IMG/VR virus record: IMGVR_UViG_3300044500_000007
Span: 1 to 41,450 of that record
Reading direction: 5' to 3' (one strand)
DNA: 41,450 nucleotides
Origin: a virus
Lineage: Duplodnaviria; Caudoviricetes
Of this stretch, positions 24,746 through 34,307 are shown piece by piece (positions within the stretch are counted from its first letter, which is position 1; each line of letters opens with the position of its first letter). Made by a program: the position numbers and the translations under genes. The notes under the pieces were generated by a model that was not told where the DNA came from, ran no database searches, and was given only the letters and a program-made list of their open reading frames with translations.

Positions 24746-25996
24746 TTAGTTGCCAAGTGCGACCGCGACAGCAGCATCGGAGTACTTGACCCCGAGGCCA
24801 AACGCGCAGTCAATTCGTGTGATCCATTTGCGAGGCCGATTCTCGAAGGTTCGAACCATCGAGAGCGAGAGACCGGTTTCCGGATCCGTCCGAGTCCAGG
24901 AGACTTCGACCGATCCCGGCTTCGGCATCGGCAGATCGACGCCCACTAGGAATCCGAAATCCTTGGTCATCGCAAGGCCCACAGGTCCAATCTTGCCGTT
25001 GGGCGAAGTGGTTCCCGGCCACAGCACCAGGTCTGCGCCATTAGCCGGGAGGGCGTCCACGTTCTGGTACTTGGAACCCGGACCTTCAATGGCCGGATAG
25101 AAAGTGAATGCACCGGACGCGAAAGCGGAAGACGCTGCCGTTGCATCGTTCAATGCGGTAAAAACCTTCAGTCGCCGTGTGCTCTGACGGGTCATCACAT
25201 TGACGGCGTATACATTTTCAAGCGTAAACTTATCTCCACGCTTAACGGTGTCGCCGGTCGTCGCCGTCAGTGCCAGCGTGTTACCCGATTGCCCTGCCGA
25301 TGAGGTCTCCACGGTACCCGCCCATGTGCCGGCGGTATGGAGCTTCAGGTCCATCGACTCAATCCAGTCGAATCCGGCATAGCGATTGATAAAGCCTTCG
25401 CGGAACATCCGTGAGACTTCGTCCATCGGTCCCTGATACGGCAAGGCGGCGACGCCCGAAGACCCCATAGCGTCGGGAGTGATCAGCATTCCGCGCTTGC
25501 CAGGAGCCAGAAGGGACTGCTCGGCGATCCGGGTCCGCGCCCCGTTATAAGTGGTCAACGCTGTCGGGTTGGTCCCGCCAAGATTTCCGATGACGCCTGT
25601 GGCGTAGTCGGCCACATAGCGAGAGAGGATCAGATCGATATCGGTCTTGATCTGTTGAATGCGTGGCTTAATGATCTGCTCGGAGATTTCCGTTTCGGAT
25701 TTCTCCATCTGGAACATTTTTTCAATCGTGTCGTACTCAAAATCCGCGCCGACGATTTTATCGGCCACGATTTGAGTCGTGCGTCGGTCTGCCACATCTC
25801 CGACGTACTCCAACTGATTGCGGGTTACTCCGCGATCGGCATATTTCACGTTGAAGGTGTCACCGAACGCTTTCTTTCCGTTGAATTCCGGCTCATAACT
25901 GGTGTCGAAGAACTGGGGCATGACGGCCATATTCGTCAGCAAACGAATACACTCGTCCGCAACCCAGCCCGTGGTATAGGCGTGAGATCCAGGCAT
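24746..25996 (-). CDS. major capsid protein, P22 coat family
   Basis: 416 aa after scaffold; FGDTFNV, GD.FT..NV..VN, TRIDCAFG motifs. Confidence 0.88.
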   Translation of the reverse strand: MPGSHAYTTGWVADECIRLLTNMAVMPQFFDTSYEPEFNGKKAFGDTFNVKYADRGVTRNQLEYVGDVADRRTTQIVADKIVGADFEYDTIEKMFQMEKSETEISEQIIKPRIQQIKTDIDLILSRYVADYATGVIGNLGGTNPTALTTYNGARTRIAEQSLLAPGKRGMLITPDAMGSSGVAALPYQGPMDEVSRMFREGFINRYAGFDWIESMDLKLHTAGTWAGTVETSSAGQSGNTLALTATTGDTVKRGDKFTLENVYAVNVMTRQSTRRLKVFTALNDATAASSAFASGAFTFYPAIEGPGSKYQNVDALPANGADLVLWPGTTSPNGKIGPVGLAMTKDFGFLVGVDLPMPKPGSVEVSWTRTDPETGLSLSMVRTFENRPRKWITRIDCAFGLGVKYSDAAVAVALGN

Positions 25997-26020
25997 GGTG
26001 TCCTACTTTTTCTGCGTCGT

Positions 26021-27061
26021 TTACCGTCCCTGCTTCATGCGTGCAATGTCGCGTTCGTTGGCCAGGTCTATCATTCGCCGGGTGGCCCCGGGGTCGCCGC
26101 GTTGGGCTCCCTCTCGTGCAGCTTCCAGCGGATCCTTCACAGGCCCCGAACGTCCTCCCACATCGGCAGGGGGTTTCGGCGCGTTTTGGAGAGTCCTTTT
26201 GTGGTCGATGACAGGAGCGGCGGTCTCGAAACCAGCCTCGATCTTCGTGAGGGCGGCGACTTGGCGAACCGGCGAAAGCGCGGCAATCTTCATAATCTCG
26301 TCGTGATGCGACCCGAGGTAATAGGCGAGTTCCGCGTTGGATTCCGACTCTGCAAGGTAGGCACGCATAGCGTCCGTACAGATGGGCCATTTCGTGTCCC
26401 ATACCTTTTCCTGATAATCGGGGTACTTGGCGCGGGCTGCTTTTTCTCGTTCCGCCCACTGTGATTCAATAGTCTCGTTTCGCTTGTTCTGCTCCGCAGC
26501 TTTTTGCTCTTCGCGGGTCCTCGCTTCACGCTGCGTGTGCTTTTGGTCGTATTTCCAATCGGCCAGCTTCTCTTCGTAGATATCGAGGGCGGCTTCCCAC
26601 TTCTCGATGGCGTCTTCGCCGCTAAACTCCGAAGCTTTGGGCCGGATGGGACGACCATCGGCGGTAGTGTTTGCAGGATTCGTCGTCTCAGGGGCTGGCT
26701 TGTTCAACTGCTGCCGCAAACGTGCAATTTCTGCATCGCGTGCCGCAGAGTCGCGCTCAAGCTGGCGTTTTTCAGCGGTGAGGCGTCCGATCTCCCGATT
26801 CATCGTCGCTTGCGTGATCGGCTTTCTGGGTTTCGAGGGGTCCTGTCCAACTTTATCCGGGTCTGACTCCGGGGCATGTTCTGGATCTGCGTCTTTCGAC
26901 GTGTCCGCAGAGGGGAACTCGCCAGTCAGCTTCCAATTGGTGCGCTGCTCGGGTGTCAGCTTCGAGAGCCGATCACTCAAAGGCGCTTCGACAATGGGAG
27001 TCTCGACGGCGGTTTCCTGGGTTGCGGTTGACGGGTCCGCAGCAACAATTGCGTCAGGCAT
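26021..27061 (-). CDS. scaffolding protein
   Basis: GGAGG RBS before MPDA; charged coiled coil; ELAYYLG.H...IAALSP.RQ...L.KIE, APKP motifs. Confidence 0.82.
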   Translation of the reverse strand: MPDAIVAADPSTATQETAVETPIVEAPLSDRLSKLTPEQRTNWKLTGEFPSADTSKDADPEHAPESDPDKVGQDPSKPRKPITQATMNREIGRLTAEKRQLERDSAARDAEIARLRQQLNKPAPETTNPANTTADGRPIRPKASEFSGEDAIEKWEAALDIYEEKLADWKYDQKHTQREARTREEQKAAEQNKRNETIESQWAEREKAARAKYPDYQEKVWDTKWPICTDAMRAYLAESESNAELAYYLGSHHDEIMKIAALSPVRQVAALTKIEAGFETAAPVIDHKRTLQNAPKPPADVGGRSGPVKDPLEAAREGAQRGDPGATRRMIDLANERDIARMKQGR

Positions 27062-27091
27062 TGGGGCCTCCAATGAAGGTGATGGGTCAAT

Positions 27092-27127
27092 AAAAAGGCC
27101 CGCCTCGGATTGCTCCGGGACGGACCT
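27092..27127 (-). terminator. intrinsic terminator-like hairpin between portal and scaffold genes
   Basis: Minus strand aggtccgtcccggaGCAAtccgaggcgggcc followed by TTTTT. Confidence 0.7.
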
Positions 27128-27154
27128 GTAAACGGAAACGGAAATGGTTAACTG

Positions 27155-29383
27155 TTAAGCTGGCTGATTCTCCATGGCATCCTGCCGAGCCTGTTCCTCC
27201 GCGCTCAATTGTCGATCCTGCGTCATGCTGGCATGCTCAAACTGGCGATCTTGCGAGGCATCCGCACGATTCGCGGAGTGCTCGGCAATATTTTCCTTCG
27301 TGGTCAATTCTTCATGGGTCAGTAGCGCCTTGGTTCGATTGTTCAGGTCGGCGACATACTTCGTGGTCTCGGATTTCAGTGTTTCGATTTCCTTGTCGAG
27401 ATCCATTTGCGCCTTCGCAATGCGTTCCTTGGACGCCAGCTCCGCTGTCTTCGCCTTCTGCGCATCTTCGAGTTCGATCAGCTTTTGCTCCAACTGCTTT
27501 GCATGTTGGTTCATCTGATCCATTTGCTGCTTGGCCTGCTGCAGGACCTGCTGCACTTCGGGCGACTGGGGTTTGTCCTTGTTGTAGGCGGCTTGAACCT
27601 CGGGAGGGAGCGTCGCCTTCAGAATATCGAACATTTCATCGCCAACCGGCCCGAGCCGGCGCAGCTTGATGATCAGAGGGCCGAGCACTTTGAAAATATC
27701 CGGCTGTTGCGCCAGCACATCCGCGAATTCTTCCGCCTCTTTGCGCTGCGACTCATGCGACGGCCCGGTGGACAGTGTGACGGTGTGGCGTCCCTTCTCG
27801 AACGAGTAAGGCCGCTCGGCACCGTCCTTGGTTTTGTACGTGTCCTGCATCAGCTTCACGGAGGACGACTGATTCTGCTTATCGATGAGGTTGACCTTGC
27901 GCGGCGTGTTTTCAATCAGCGGTAGCAGTTCTTCGAGGATCTTGTTCTCATACACAATCCCGTTGTTGTAGCCGTAGAAGAAGTGGAACGTGCCCACATC
28001 CTTCTGCGACTCCAGCTGCTCAAGAGCTTTGCCCGATTTCGCTGTACGATCGCGGCGTTCTGCGGAAGTCATGCCCATGGTGTTCTGAAGGGCCTGCTGT
28101 GCAGCAGTCTTGCTCAAATTGATGGCCTGTACGGGCGGCTCGTATTCCGTGCGCTGAGGCAGCGGTAGCACGACATTGGGCGGTGCGCCGTCTACCATAA
28201 GCTCCACTTCGAGGAAGGCTAGGGGAACCTTGTTCGCAATCTTCCACTGATCGCCCACCATTTGGCCCTTGTATCCGATATACGGCGCTTGCGGAATACG
28301 GCCCAGCGTTTCCGCCTCGTTCATGCACGCGAAGTCATACAGCAATTGCGGGTCGCGGGCCTTACGGATAAGGGAATCCAGCATCCTCCCGCTCTTTTCC
28401 CACTTCTCATTGCCCGTGATGAAAATAATGGGAATCGTCGAGCCCAACCATTCCGTCTCATCGAGGATTTCCAATCCGTTGGTGAGGTACTGACACACCC
28501 GCTCCTCGGCCTCCTCGCGCTGCTTGAGAATCGGCAATGTCGGGAGTTTCTGATTCGGGAATTCGACGGACTTTGCACCGATCTTGGCGCCAATGGATTT
28601 CAATTCCTTGCCGGTCACGGTAATGCCCTCTGGCGAGCCATCGTCGAGAAGGTAGACCTTGCCGGGAATTTCCTTGATCTTCCAGTACTCGGCAACAATG
28701 ACCGTTTTCGACGTGATGAATCGGCCAGATCGGCCAACATCCGGAGCCTCGAACGTCTTGAACTGGGTTTTCTTACCGAACTTGGACCGAAACTCCTCGT
28801 GGGTATACTCACTGAACTTGAACGAGCGCCGTTGATCGCTCCAATCCGCCTTCTTGCAGTAGGGATAGACCACAACCGACTTCGGGTCCGTAATCCGCTC
28901 GATGTCGAACTCCTGCTCCATGGTTCCGCGCTTGTACTTGGTCCGCACCATCCAGGCGCCGAAGCCCCCACGCAACGTCGTCTCCAGTGCCGTCAACCGC
29001 GCATCATTGGCGTTGCATTCATAGGCAATCGCACGCAGCCGGTTCTCGGTCATTTCCGCCGTCTTGTCATCCGCTTCCGCATCCGCAGGCGTGCACTCGA
29101 TGCCACGTGGATTCTGTCGCGCCTCACCCATCACCTGATCGATGTTCTGGGTCAACAGGTCGATATGGATGCACGGGCGATTGTTCTTCTTGCGGTCCGC
29201 CCGGTCCTCCGGATCCAACGGGCCTTCGATGGATAGCGCCGCCATGTCCAAGTCGTATTGATCCCACACGGGCTGCCACACGTCGCAGTACTCCGCAAAC
29301 GTCTCCCGTATTTCCTTCAGCAACTCCTCATGGGAGGCGCTCAGGACCGGGGCTTCGGTTGTGTCTTCGGTGTCTTCAGTCAC
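27155..29383 (-). CDS. portal protein, P22 family
   Basis: 742 aa; RPC, QVMGEARQN, DWSD, VAEYW, ARDPQ, SGKA, GPS.ESQR motifs; Gln-rich C-terminal barrel. Confidence 0.92.
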   Translation of the reverse strand: MTEDTEDTTEAPVLSASHEELLKEIRETFAEYCDVWQPVWDQYDLDMAALSIEGPLDPEDRADRKKNNRPCIHIDLLTQNIDQVMGEARQNPRGIECTPADAEADDKTAEMTENRLRAIAYECNANDARLTALETTLRGGFGAWMVRTKYKRGTMEQEFDIERITDPKSVVVYPYCKKADWSDQRRSFKFSEYTHEEFRSKFGKKTQFKTFEAPDVGRSGRFITSKTVIVAEYWKIKEIPGKVYLLDDGSPEGITVTGKELKSIGAKIGAKSVEFPNQKLPTLPILKQREEAEERVCQYLTNGLEILDETEWLGSTIPIIFITGNEKWEKSGRMLDSLIRKARDPQLLYDFACMNEAETLGRIPQAPYIGYKGQMVGDQWKIANKVPLAFLEVELMVDGAPPNVVLPLPQRTEYEPPVQAINLSKTAAQQALQNTMGMTSAERRDRTAKSGKALEQLESQKDVGTFHFFYGYNNGIVYENKILEELLPLIENTPRKVNLIDKQNQSSSVKLMQDTYKTKDGAERPYSFEKGRHTVTLSTGPSHESQRKEAEEFADVLAQQPDIFKVLGPLIIKLRRLGPVGDEMFDILKATLPPEVQAAYNKDKPQSPEVQQVLQQAKQQMDQMNQHAKQLEQKLIELEDAQKAKTAELASKERIAKAQMDLDKEIETLKSETTKYVADLNNRTKALLTHEELTTKENIAEHSANRADASQDRQFEHASMTQDRQLSAEEQARQDAMENQPA

Positions 29384-29585
29384 GGGATGGAGTCGGAAAT
29401 GACGGTTCGAACTTGCGTATAAACGGCTTCATGTGATCGAACATCACACGGCGCTTGAACGGGTCTTCGACGGTGAGCATCAGGCTGTCGAGTGTGGCCT
29501 GGTCAGGTATCTGCGCGGCCAGATGGCGAACTTTCTTATCCCGCGCCACTCTCCGGCGCTTGATGGTGGGGCTAGGCAACCTCAA
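29376..29585 (-). CDS. small basic hypothetical protein
   Basis: In operon; resembles the upstream neighbour. Confidence 0.55.
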   Translation of the reverse strand: MRLPSPTIKRRRVARDKKVRHLAAQIPDQATLDSLMLTVEDPFKRRVMFDHMKPFIRKFEPSFPTPSRD

Positions 29586-29853
29586 ACCTCAGACTCGGTC
29601 GAATTTCTTCCAGCAACTCCGCCCGCAATTCCGGCGGAAAACTCGACAGAATGTCGTTTAACTGTGTCACGTTGCGAATCTCGGCAGCCCGTCGGTTGAG
29701 CTTGGCACGACGCTCGACGGGGTTGTCGGTGATCACGGCGGAAGTGCGGATTAGGGTTTTCTTGATCCCGTCAACAGCAACTGCCGCTGCTTCTGGCTTA
29801 ACGCGAATTTTACGAGCGGTCCCCTTTGGCGCCAGCCGTTTTTTCAGCGGCAC
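29572..29853 (-). CDS. small basic hypothetical protein (start re-called to GTG 29853)
   Basis: GGAGG RBS before GTG CCG CTG AAA. Confidence 0.55.
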   Translation of the reverse strand: MPLKKRLAPKGTARKIRVKPEAAAVAVDGIKKTLIRTSAVITDNPVERRAKLNRRAAEIRNVTQLNDILSSFPPELRAELLEEIRPSLRFEVA

Positions 29854-30011
29854 GATATCCAGCCCTCCAGCGGATTGATCGACACGAACACCGCGCCGTC
29901 TGGGTCCGCGATGATTGTGCCTTCCACGAAATCGAATATCTGGGGTTCGGGCTTGGGCGCTAGTCCGAGAATCCTGTCCCATTTTGCGTTGATGAATAGC
30001 TCGTCGTTCAC
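29844..30011 (-). CDS. 55-aa hypothetical MNDELFINAKWDRIL...WISCR (not in ORF track)
   Basis: GTGA overlap with the upstream stop codon; fills the gap. Confidence 0.5.
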   Translation of the reverse strand: MNDELFINAKWDRILGLAPKPEPQIFDFVEGTIIADPDGAVFVSINPLEGWISCR

Positions 30012-30247
30012 GGCTTCAACCTCGCCACCTTGGCAAATCCCGACTGCTCCGGCTTGCCGAGGTCTTGTATCCGAATCACCTGCTCCAGGGTGAACTTGAC
30101 ACGATTGAACGGCCAGACCTGACCATGGATTCCCGCACGTTCGGCACGCTTGCGGAAGGCATGGCCGGAGATGCCGATGACGGCCCCGGCACGGTCGGCG
30201 TCGTAGAAGTGGGTCACAGACAGTAGTCCTTGCTCAGCTCCATGCAC
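30008..30247 (-). CDS. small HTH-like (excisionase/MerR-like) protein
   Basis: YDADRAGAVIGIS...FRKRA...FTLEQV pattern. Confidence 0.5.
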   Translation of the reverse strand: MHGAEQGLLSVTHFYDADRAGAVIGISGHAFRKRAERAGIHGQVWPFNRVKFTLEQVIRIQDLGKPEQSGFAKVARLKP

Positions 30248-31685
30248 TCACCCTCGGGACGGGCATCGTATTGGCGGGTTTCTTCTCCACTGGCGTCTTG
30301 TGGCGCACGGCCAGGCCACGGAAGGCGTCAGCGCCGTGATCGTGTCCGTCCTTCACCGGAGTCTCCGACATCATGCCGTTTTGCTGCTGCTTCGAATGGT
30401 AATGCCGCAGATTCTCGATTCCCACAGCGCAGAACTGCTCATCGAATACGGTCTTGCCGATGATGAATTGCGCTGCGGTAATGCCCTGAGAGACGCTCAG
30501 CTTCGGCGTGATCTTGAACGAGACGCCCAAGTCAAACGCCATCTTCTGCCGCGTCTTGCCGGAGAATATTTCCGTCGTAGTCGTGTCGTGTGGTCCCCAA
30601 TGCTCGCCGTAGGTGTAGGACTGCCGCCGTGCATTCGCCTTCCGTGACGCTTCAGGGTTGATCAGTTCCGGCATCTGACCCTTAACGGCTTTGATTGCCG
30701 CTTCCATGCCACCGCCAATGTCCTCGTAGTAGTCGATACATCGGATCTCGCCGCTTCGAGTGGACTGAGAAAACCAGATGGCCGTGGCATTCACTCCCAA
30801 ATCCCAGTCGGTATCCACAGGCAGCATCGGATCATGCGGTACTCTACAGATTCGTCCCTGCTCCCGTGCGGCTTTCATCTGCGTTCCGTAGAACGCGCCT
30901 TTGATAGCCGCCTCTGGAGAGAGATACCATTCCTGATCAAACTCGGCCTGCGACATGACACCTTGCAGGACAAGCTTGCGGTCGTCCTCCAGCGCTCGAC
31001 GCAGCATGATAATTGTGGCGCCCTCTTCGGTGGCCAACGACTTGTCGATGTCCTGCCAGAGCGTGAACCATTCCGGGTTGTTCTTCGCCATTTCGTGGAG
31101 CTTGAACAGCTGATCCATACCCTTGATTGTGCCGGAGAAATCCGCGTAGCCCAGATGGTCGGCAAGGGACTTGGATAACACTTCACCGAATGCTGCGGGG
31201 TGAATCTGCGAGTACTCATCGAGAGAACAGCCGCTCAATGGACCGCCACGCAAGGCATCCGGATTATCCCCGCCGACCAGCTGCACGCGGTTTCCGTTGG
31301 GGTAGAGCATCGACATTTCGGCTTGGTTGGGTTTTACGCCCGGAATAGGCCGCGCAATCTCCTGAAGCAAGTCCCAGGCTCCGGTAATCTTCGCCTGGTG
31401 GTACGTGGGCATCACATGCCAGTAGGTTCGACGCTTGAGCAGCGCCTTGATGTCGTTGTCGCTGATGTTGGGCGCCAGGTATCGGAGCCGCGCCATCTCC
31501 CACGCATCGTCCGTTGCGGCCCGCTGATGCTTGTTGATATCGCATGTGGTCTTGCCGCCGCGTCGATGGATGATCTTGACCGAGAATCGTTTAAACGATC
31601 GGTGAAACGGGATCGCCCAATTGCGCGGACGGTAAGGGATCTTGATGCGATTGATCAGGGCTGGCGAGTCCAACACCGCGCTCAT
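30234..31685 (-). CDS. terL: terminase large subunit
   Basis: Start re-called at MSAVLD; HRRGGKT Walker A, SLDE Walker B, DWDLG and HDHGADAFR nuclease motifs. Confidence 0.93.
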   Translation of the reverse strand: MSAVLDSPALINRIKIPYRPRNWAIPFHRSFKRFSVKIIHRRGGKTTCDINKHQRAATDDAWEMARLRYLAPNISDNDIKALLKRRTYWHVMPTYHQAKITGAWDLLQEIARPIPGVKPNQAEMSMLYPNGNRVQLVGGDNPDALRGGPLSGCSLDEYSQIHPAAFGEVLSKSLADHLGYADFSGTIKGMDQLFKLHEMAKNNPEWFTLWQDIDKSLATEEGATIIMLRRALEDDRKLVLQGVMSQAEFDQEWYLSPEAAIKGAFYGTQMKAAREQGRICRVPHDPMLPVDTDWDLGVNATAIWFSQSTRSGEIRCIDYYEDIGGGMEAAIKAVKGQMPELINPEASRKANARRQSYTYGEHWGPHDTTTTEIFSGKTRQKMAFDLGVSFKITPKLSVSQGITAAQFIIGKTVFDEQFCAVGIENLRHYHSKQQQNGMMSETPVKDGHDHGADAFRGLAVRHKTPVEKKPANTMPVPRVSAWS

Positions 31686-32143
31686 TTGGAATCGCTCTCG
31701 CCTTCCCAGCTGATCGATAAGGCGCCGGAGTGCTCGACCTTCTCCGTCAGCATCCCGAAGTGTTTGGCCAGCATCTCTAAGGCTTTGGTTTTGTCCCACG
31801 CCTTGAATTTGTGAATCAAGTCCTGCTTCCCATCCCCAGCGCTGACGTTGCCAATACAGGCTTCAAAGCCGGCGAGTGTGGCGCGTTGATCTTCGTCCAG
31901 GTCAAACGGCTTTTTGAGCGTGCCGTCTGCGTTGAAGAACGACGCGACGTCAGCGTAAGCAATGCGGGCAATTTCCAGCAGTGTTCGATCCGGTGTAATG
32001 TGAGCAAGCTCCAGACGGCGACGAGCTGCGGCCAAAACTTGAGGGGCCTTGCCGCCGTGAATATGACAAACCGTGCCGCCGAGAATTGCGTCTTTCTTGC
32101 AAGCCTTCTTCGATCGCTTGCTGTGCCCGTTGCACTTAGGCAT
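31682..32143 (-). CDS. terS: terminase small subunit with N-terminal Cys/His (HGG-type) module
   Basis: C..........C..........CHIHGG, EIARIAYAD, DKTKALEMLAKH, EKVEHSG; directly upstream of terL. Confidence 0.85.
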   Translation of the reverse strand: MPKCNGHSKRSKKACKKDAILGGTVCHIHGGKAPQVLAAARRRLELAHITPDRTLLEIARIAYADVASFFNADGTLKKPFDLDEDQRATLAGFEACIGNVSAGDGKQDLIHKFKAWDKTKALEMLAKHFGMLTEKVEHSGALSISWEGESDSK

Positions 32144-32244
32144 GTCAAAAACACCATGCGGTTCTGCTCATCCATGAGGTTTGCTGCTTCGGCGTGAGGG
32201 ATTTCACTTCGTCACCTTGCATCCGCGTTCGAATTGTAGGGTTT

Positions 32245-32541
32245 TCATGCGAGGGCCAAAGAGGCGAGAGGAAACGGAAGGATCTTGAACCGCCCGGCCA
32301 CGCAGTTCGAATTGATGCTGAGAAGTGCGGTCACGCCACGCCTGGTGACGAATCTCCTCGCAACCTTGAGCACTGATGGCAGCACCGAGAATTCGAAACT
32401 GTTCTCGGCGATCGGCCTGTTTTGAAGAAATACGCATCTGAGGGGCAGTCGATTCAAGTAACGACGATCTTTGCTATACCGAAACGTATGGTCCGATTGT
32501 TGTATACACATTCCAAATCGACATGCAAACGAAATTATCAT
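32245..32541 (-). CDS. hypothetical protein
   Basis: ATGA-coupled to the 32538 ORF; no motifs. Confidence 0.4.
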   Translation of the reverse strand: MIISFACRFGMCIQQSDHTFRYSKDRRYLNRLPLRCVFLQNRPIAENSFEFSVLPSVLKVARRFVTRRGVTALLSINSNCVAGRFKILPFPLASLALA

Positions 32542-32759
32542 TGCCGGTCTCGCTTCTCACGCAAGCGCTTCAGAATCGCACCGAGCTTAGAAATATCGCG
32601 GTAGCGGAAACGATCGTAGCAGGAACGGCAATATCCGTTCGCGATCGCATGGCAATGGCAGCCATCGGTGAGGCATCGCGTATCGTCCGGATCGGGAGGC
32701 GGGGTGAAACTTCGGTCCCCTGTGGGACTAAGGAGAACATGTACACCCAGATTTTTCAC
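32538..32759 (-). CDS. small Cys-rich Zn-binding protein
   Basis: CLTDGC...ANGYCRSCY.R motif. Confidence 0.6.
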   Translation of the reverse strand: MKNLGVHVLLSPTGDRSFTPPPDPDDTRCLTDGCHCHAIANGYCRSCYDRFRYRDISKLGAILKRLREKRDRQ

Positions 32760-32807
32760 GATAACCTCACGATTGTTGATTCTTTGGGGACAAAACCACT
32801 TGACGGC

Positions 32808-33227
32808 TTATTCACCGCGGCCCGTTAATTCGCCAAATTGCTGTTTCTCAATCTGAAGTCGAATATCGGCGATAGTGGGCTTCTTTCGAGACACGCCGCG
32901 ATACGGCTCTAGCTTTGAGCGATTAAGCGGCGGGCGCAATTTTCGAATGAGAAATACCTCAAGTTTTGCAGCCGCTTTCAGGTCATGGCAGTAGATCAAT
33001 TCCAACTGTGTCATCTCCACGCATTGGCGGGTCCGTGGGTGACCCGTACTGAGAGGGCGAGTCAACCCAACGGCGCTCCTTCCGATATACAACGCCTCAT
33101 ATTTAGGCTTATTTTTCCAGAAAATATAAACCAGCGGTCCGCGCTCCTCATTTAATCGATCAACGTCCCAAGTATCGGTCCGGATCGCCGCTTCGTAGAC
33201 GGCCTCGTCATATCTAATTGCTCTCAA
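32808..33227 (-). CDS. GIY-YIG family nuclease
   Basis: LVYIF...LYIGRS...R...H...LE..LIRKLRPPLN; AAGGAG RBS before TTG; AT-richer than flanks. Confidence 0.78.
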   Translation of the reverse strand: MRAIRYDEAVYEAAIRTDTWDVDRLNEERGPLVYIFWKNKPKYEALYIGRSAVGLTRPLSTGHPRTRQCVEMTQLELIYCHDLKAAAKLEVFLIRKLRPPLNRSKLEPYRGVSRKKPTIADIRLQIEKQQFGELTGRGE

Positions 33228-33260
33228 GTTCTTCTCTCCTTCTCTCGCAAAGTGATCGCA

Positions 33261-33518
33261 TTAAGGGATACGGGTTTTCTTCGTCCCATCCGGCCTCTGC
33301 GTCAACGCCGAAGCGACGGCCGATTGCAGTTCCGCGACACTGCCCAGGTCGGTCACGATGCCCTTCCCCTTACCGATGGTGACCAAGAAGCGCATCAGCC
33401 CGAGCTTCACATTCGCATTCACGGCAATCACCCGATCCGTCTTCGGCACGCCCTTGCTGTTGGCTAGAAACACCGCGGCAAATCCACCCGCACGTTCGCC
33501 CGTCTTTTCGTTTTTCAT
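33261..33518 (-). CDS. hypothetical protein
   Basis: AGGAG RBS. Confidence 0.6.
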   Translation of the reverse strand: MKNEKTGERAGGFAAVFLANSKGVPKTDRVIAVNANVKLGLMRFLVTIGKGKGIVTDLGSVAELQSAVASALTQRPDGTKKTRIP

Positions 33519-33877
33519 AATTCTCCTAATTCAATTTCGACTCTCGGATTCTTCGCATCCACCGATAACGCCTCGATGTGTTCCACGCGAATCCACCGAT
33601 CGTTCGACACCACGCCACACTTTTGCAGCATGTCTTTCACAATCCCAATGTCCACGTCCGAGCGCCACGATTGGTAGTACACGCGCACCGTGAGCTTTAG
33701 GGGCCGCTGCTTCGACCCAAGGTTCAATCGCGCACTAGCGGGGCACTGCAACTCAAAATCCTTCTCGTACTGAATCGCCAGCGGATTCTTAAACACAAAG
33801 CCGCGTCGCGTCTGAATCTTGCGATTCTTAATCGAATGCAGCTGGCCGAAGACGATGAAGGAGACCTGGTCTAACAT
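33515..33877 (-). CDS. rusA: RusA-like Holliday junction resolvase
   Basis: SIKN, RSDVD...DMLQ..GVV.NDR, D.KNPRVEI; start re-called to MLDQV. Confidence 0.8.
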   Translation of the reverse strand: MLDQVSFIVFGQLHSIKNRKIQTRRGFVFKNPLAIQYEKDFELQCPASARLNLGSKQRPLKLTVRVYYQSWRSDVDIGIVKDMLQKCGVVSNDRWIRVEHIEALSVDAKNPRVEIELGEL

Positions 33878-34125
33878 CGGAATCCGTCCGGGCGGTGTAT
33901 TCTTAAATACGCGATGGCTTCGCCGATAATGGCGGTCCCAAAGCCGCAACCCTCCGCCGTGCACCGCAACCCGTTTTCCCCGTTCACATCGAAATAGGCA
34001 TGCGTTTCGAGGTAACCCAGCAGCAGCGCGTTCTTGTAATCCTGATAGTGCGCCTCATCCATTTTTGCGCCTCCCTGGTCGATGTAGGCTTTCACGATCC
34101 GACGGACGGTGCCGGCAGTGCTCAT
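33871..34125 (-). CDS. hypothetical protein (start MSTAG)
   Basis: ATGA coupling at 34122-34125. Confidence 0.55.
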   Translation of the reverse strand: MSTAGTVRRIVKAYIDQGGAKMDEAHYQDYKNALLLGYLETHAYFDVNGENGLRCTAEGCGFGTAIIGEAIAYLRIHRPDGFRC

Positions 34126-34307
34126 TCCGCCTTCTTCGCCGGTCGATTCTGGGTGGCAAGCCGCGATAACCGCACATCGACATCCGGCGAGTATTGGTTC
34201 GTATGCTTGATCACGTCGGTGGCTTTCTTGTTCAGGCTGCGTTTCTTGCGTAGAGCGCGATCCGCAATGCGCCTCCACATGGATTCAAAATTGACTTGGA
34301 CGGTCAT
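34122..34307 (-). CDS. small basic hypothetical protein
   Basis: Coupled on both sides; GGGAG RBS. Confidence 0.55.
   Translation of the reverse strand: MTVQVNFESMWRRIADRALRKKRSLNKKATDVIKHTNQYSPDVDVRLSRLATQNRPAKKAE

Noticed and set aside
28262-29236. 324-aa + strand ORF and similar ones opposite coat, scaffold and beta-helix genes
   Set aside because: Shadow frames expected from GC-rich codon bias; no recognisable domains.
31686-31799. Listed upstream starts for terL (31799), and likewise 18735, 24813 and 503
   Set aside because: These extensions overlap neighbouring genes or lack an RBS; downstream ATGs with RBS or stop/start coupling fit better.
32233-32260. Late promoter candidate (TACAAT on the minus strand) upstream of terS
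   Set aside because: No convincing -35 at 16-18 nt spacing; position is plausible but support is too weak.
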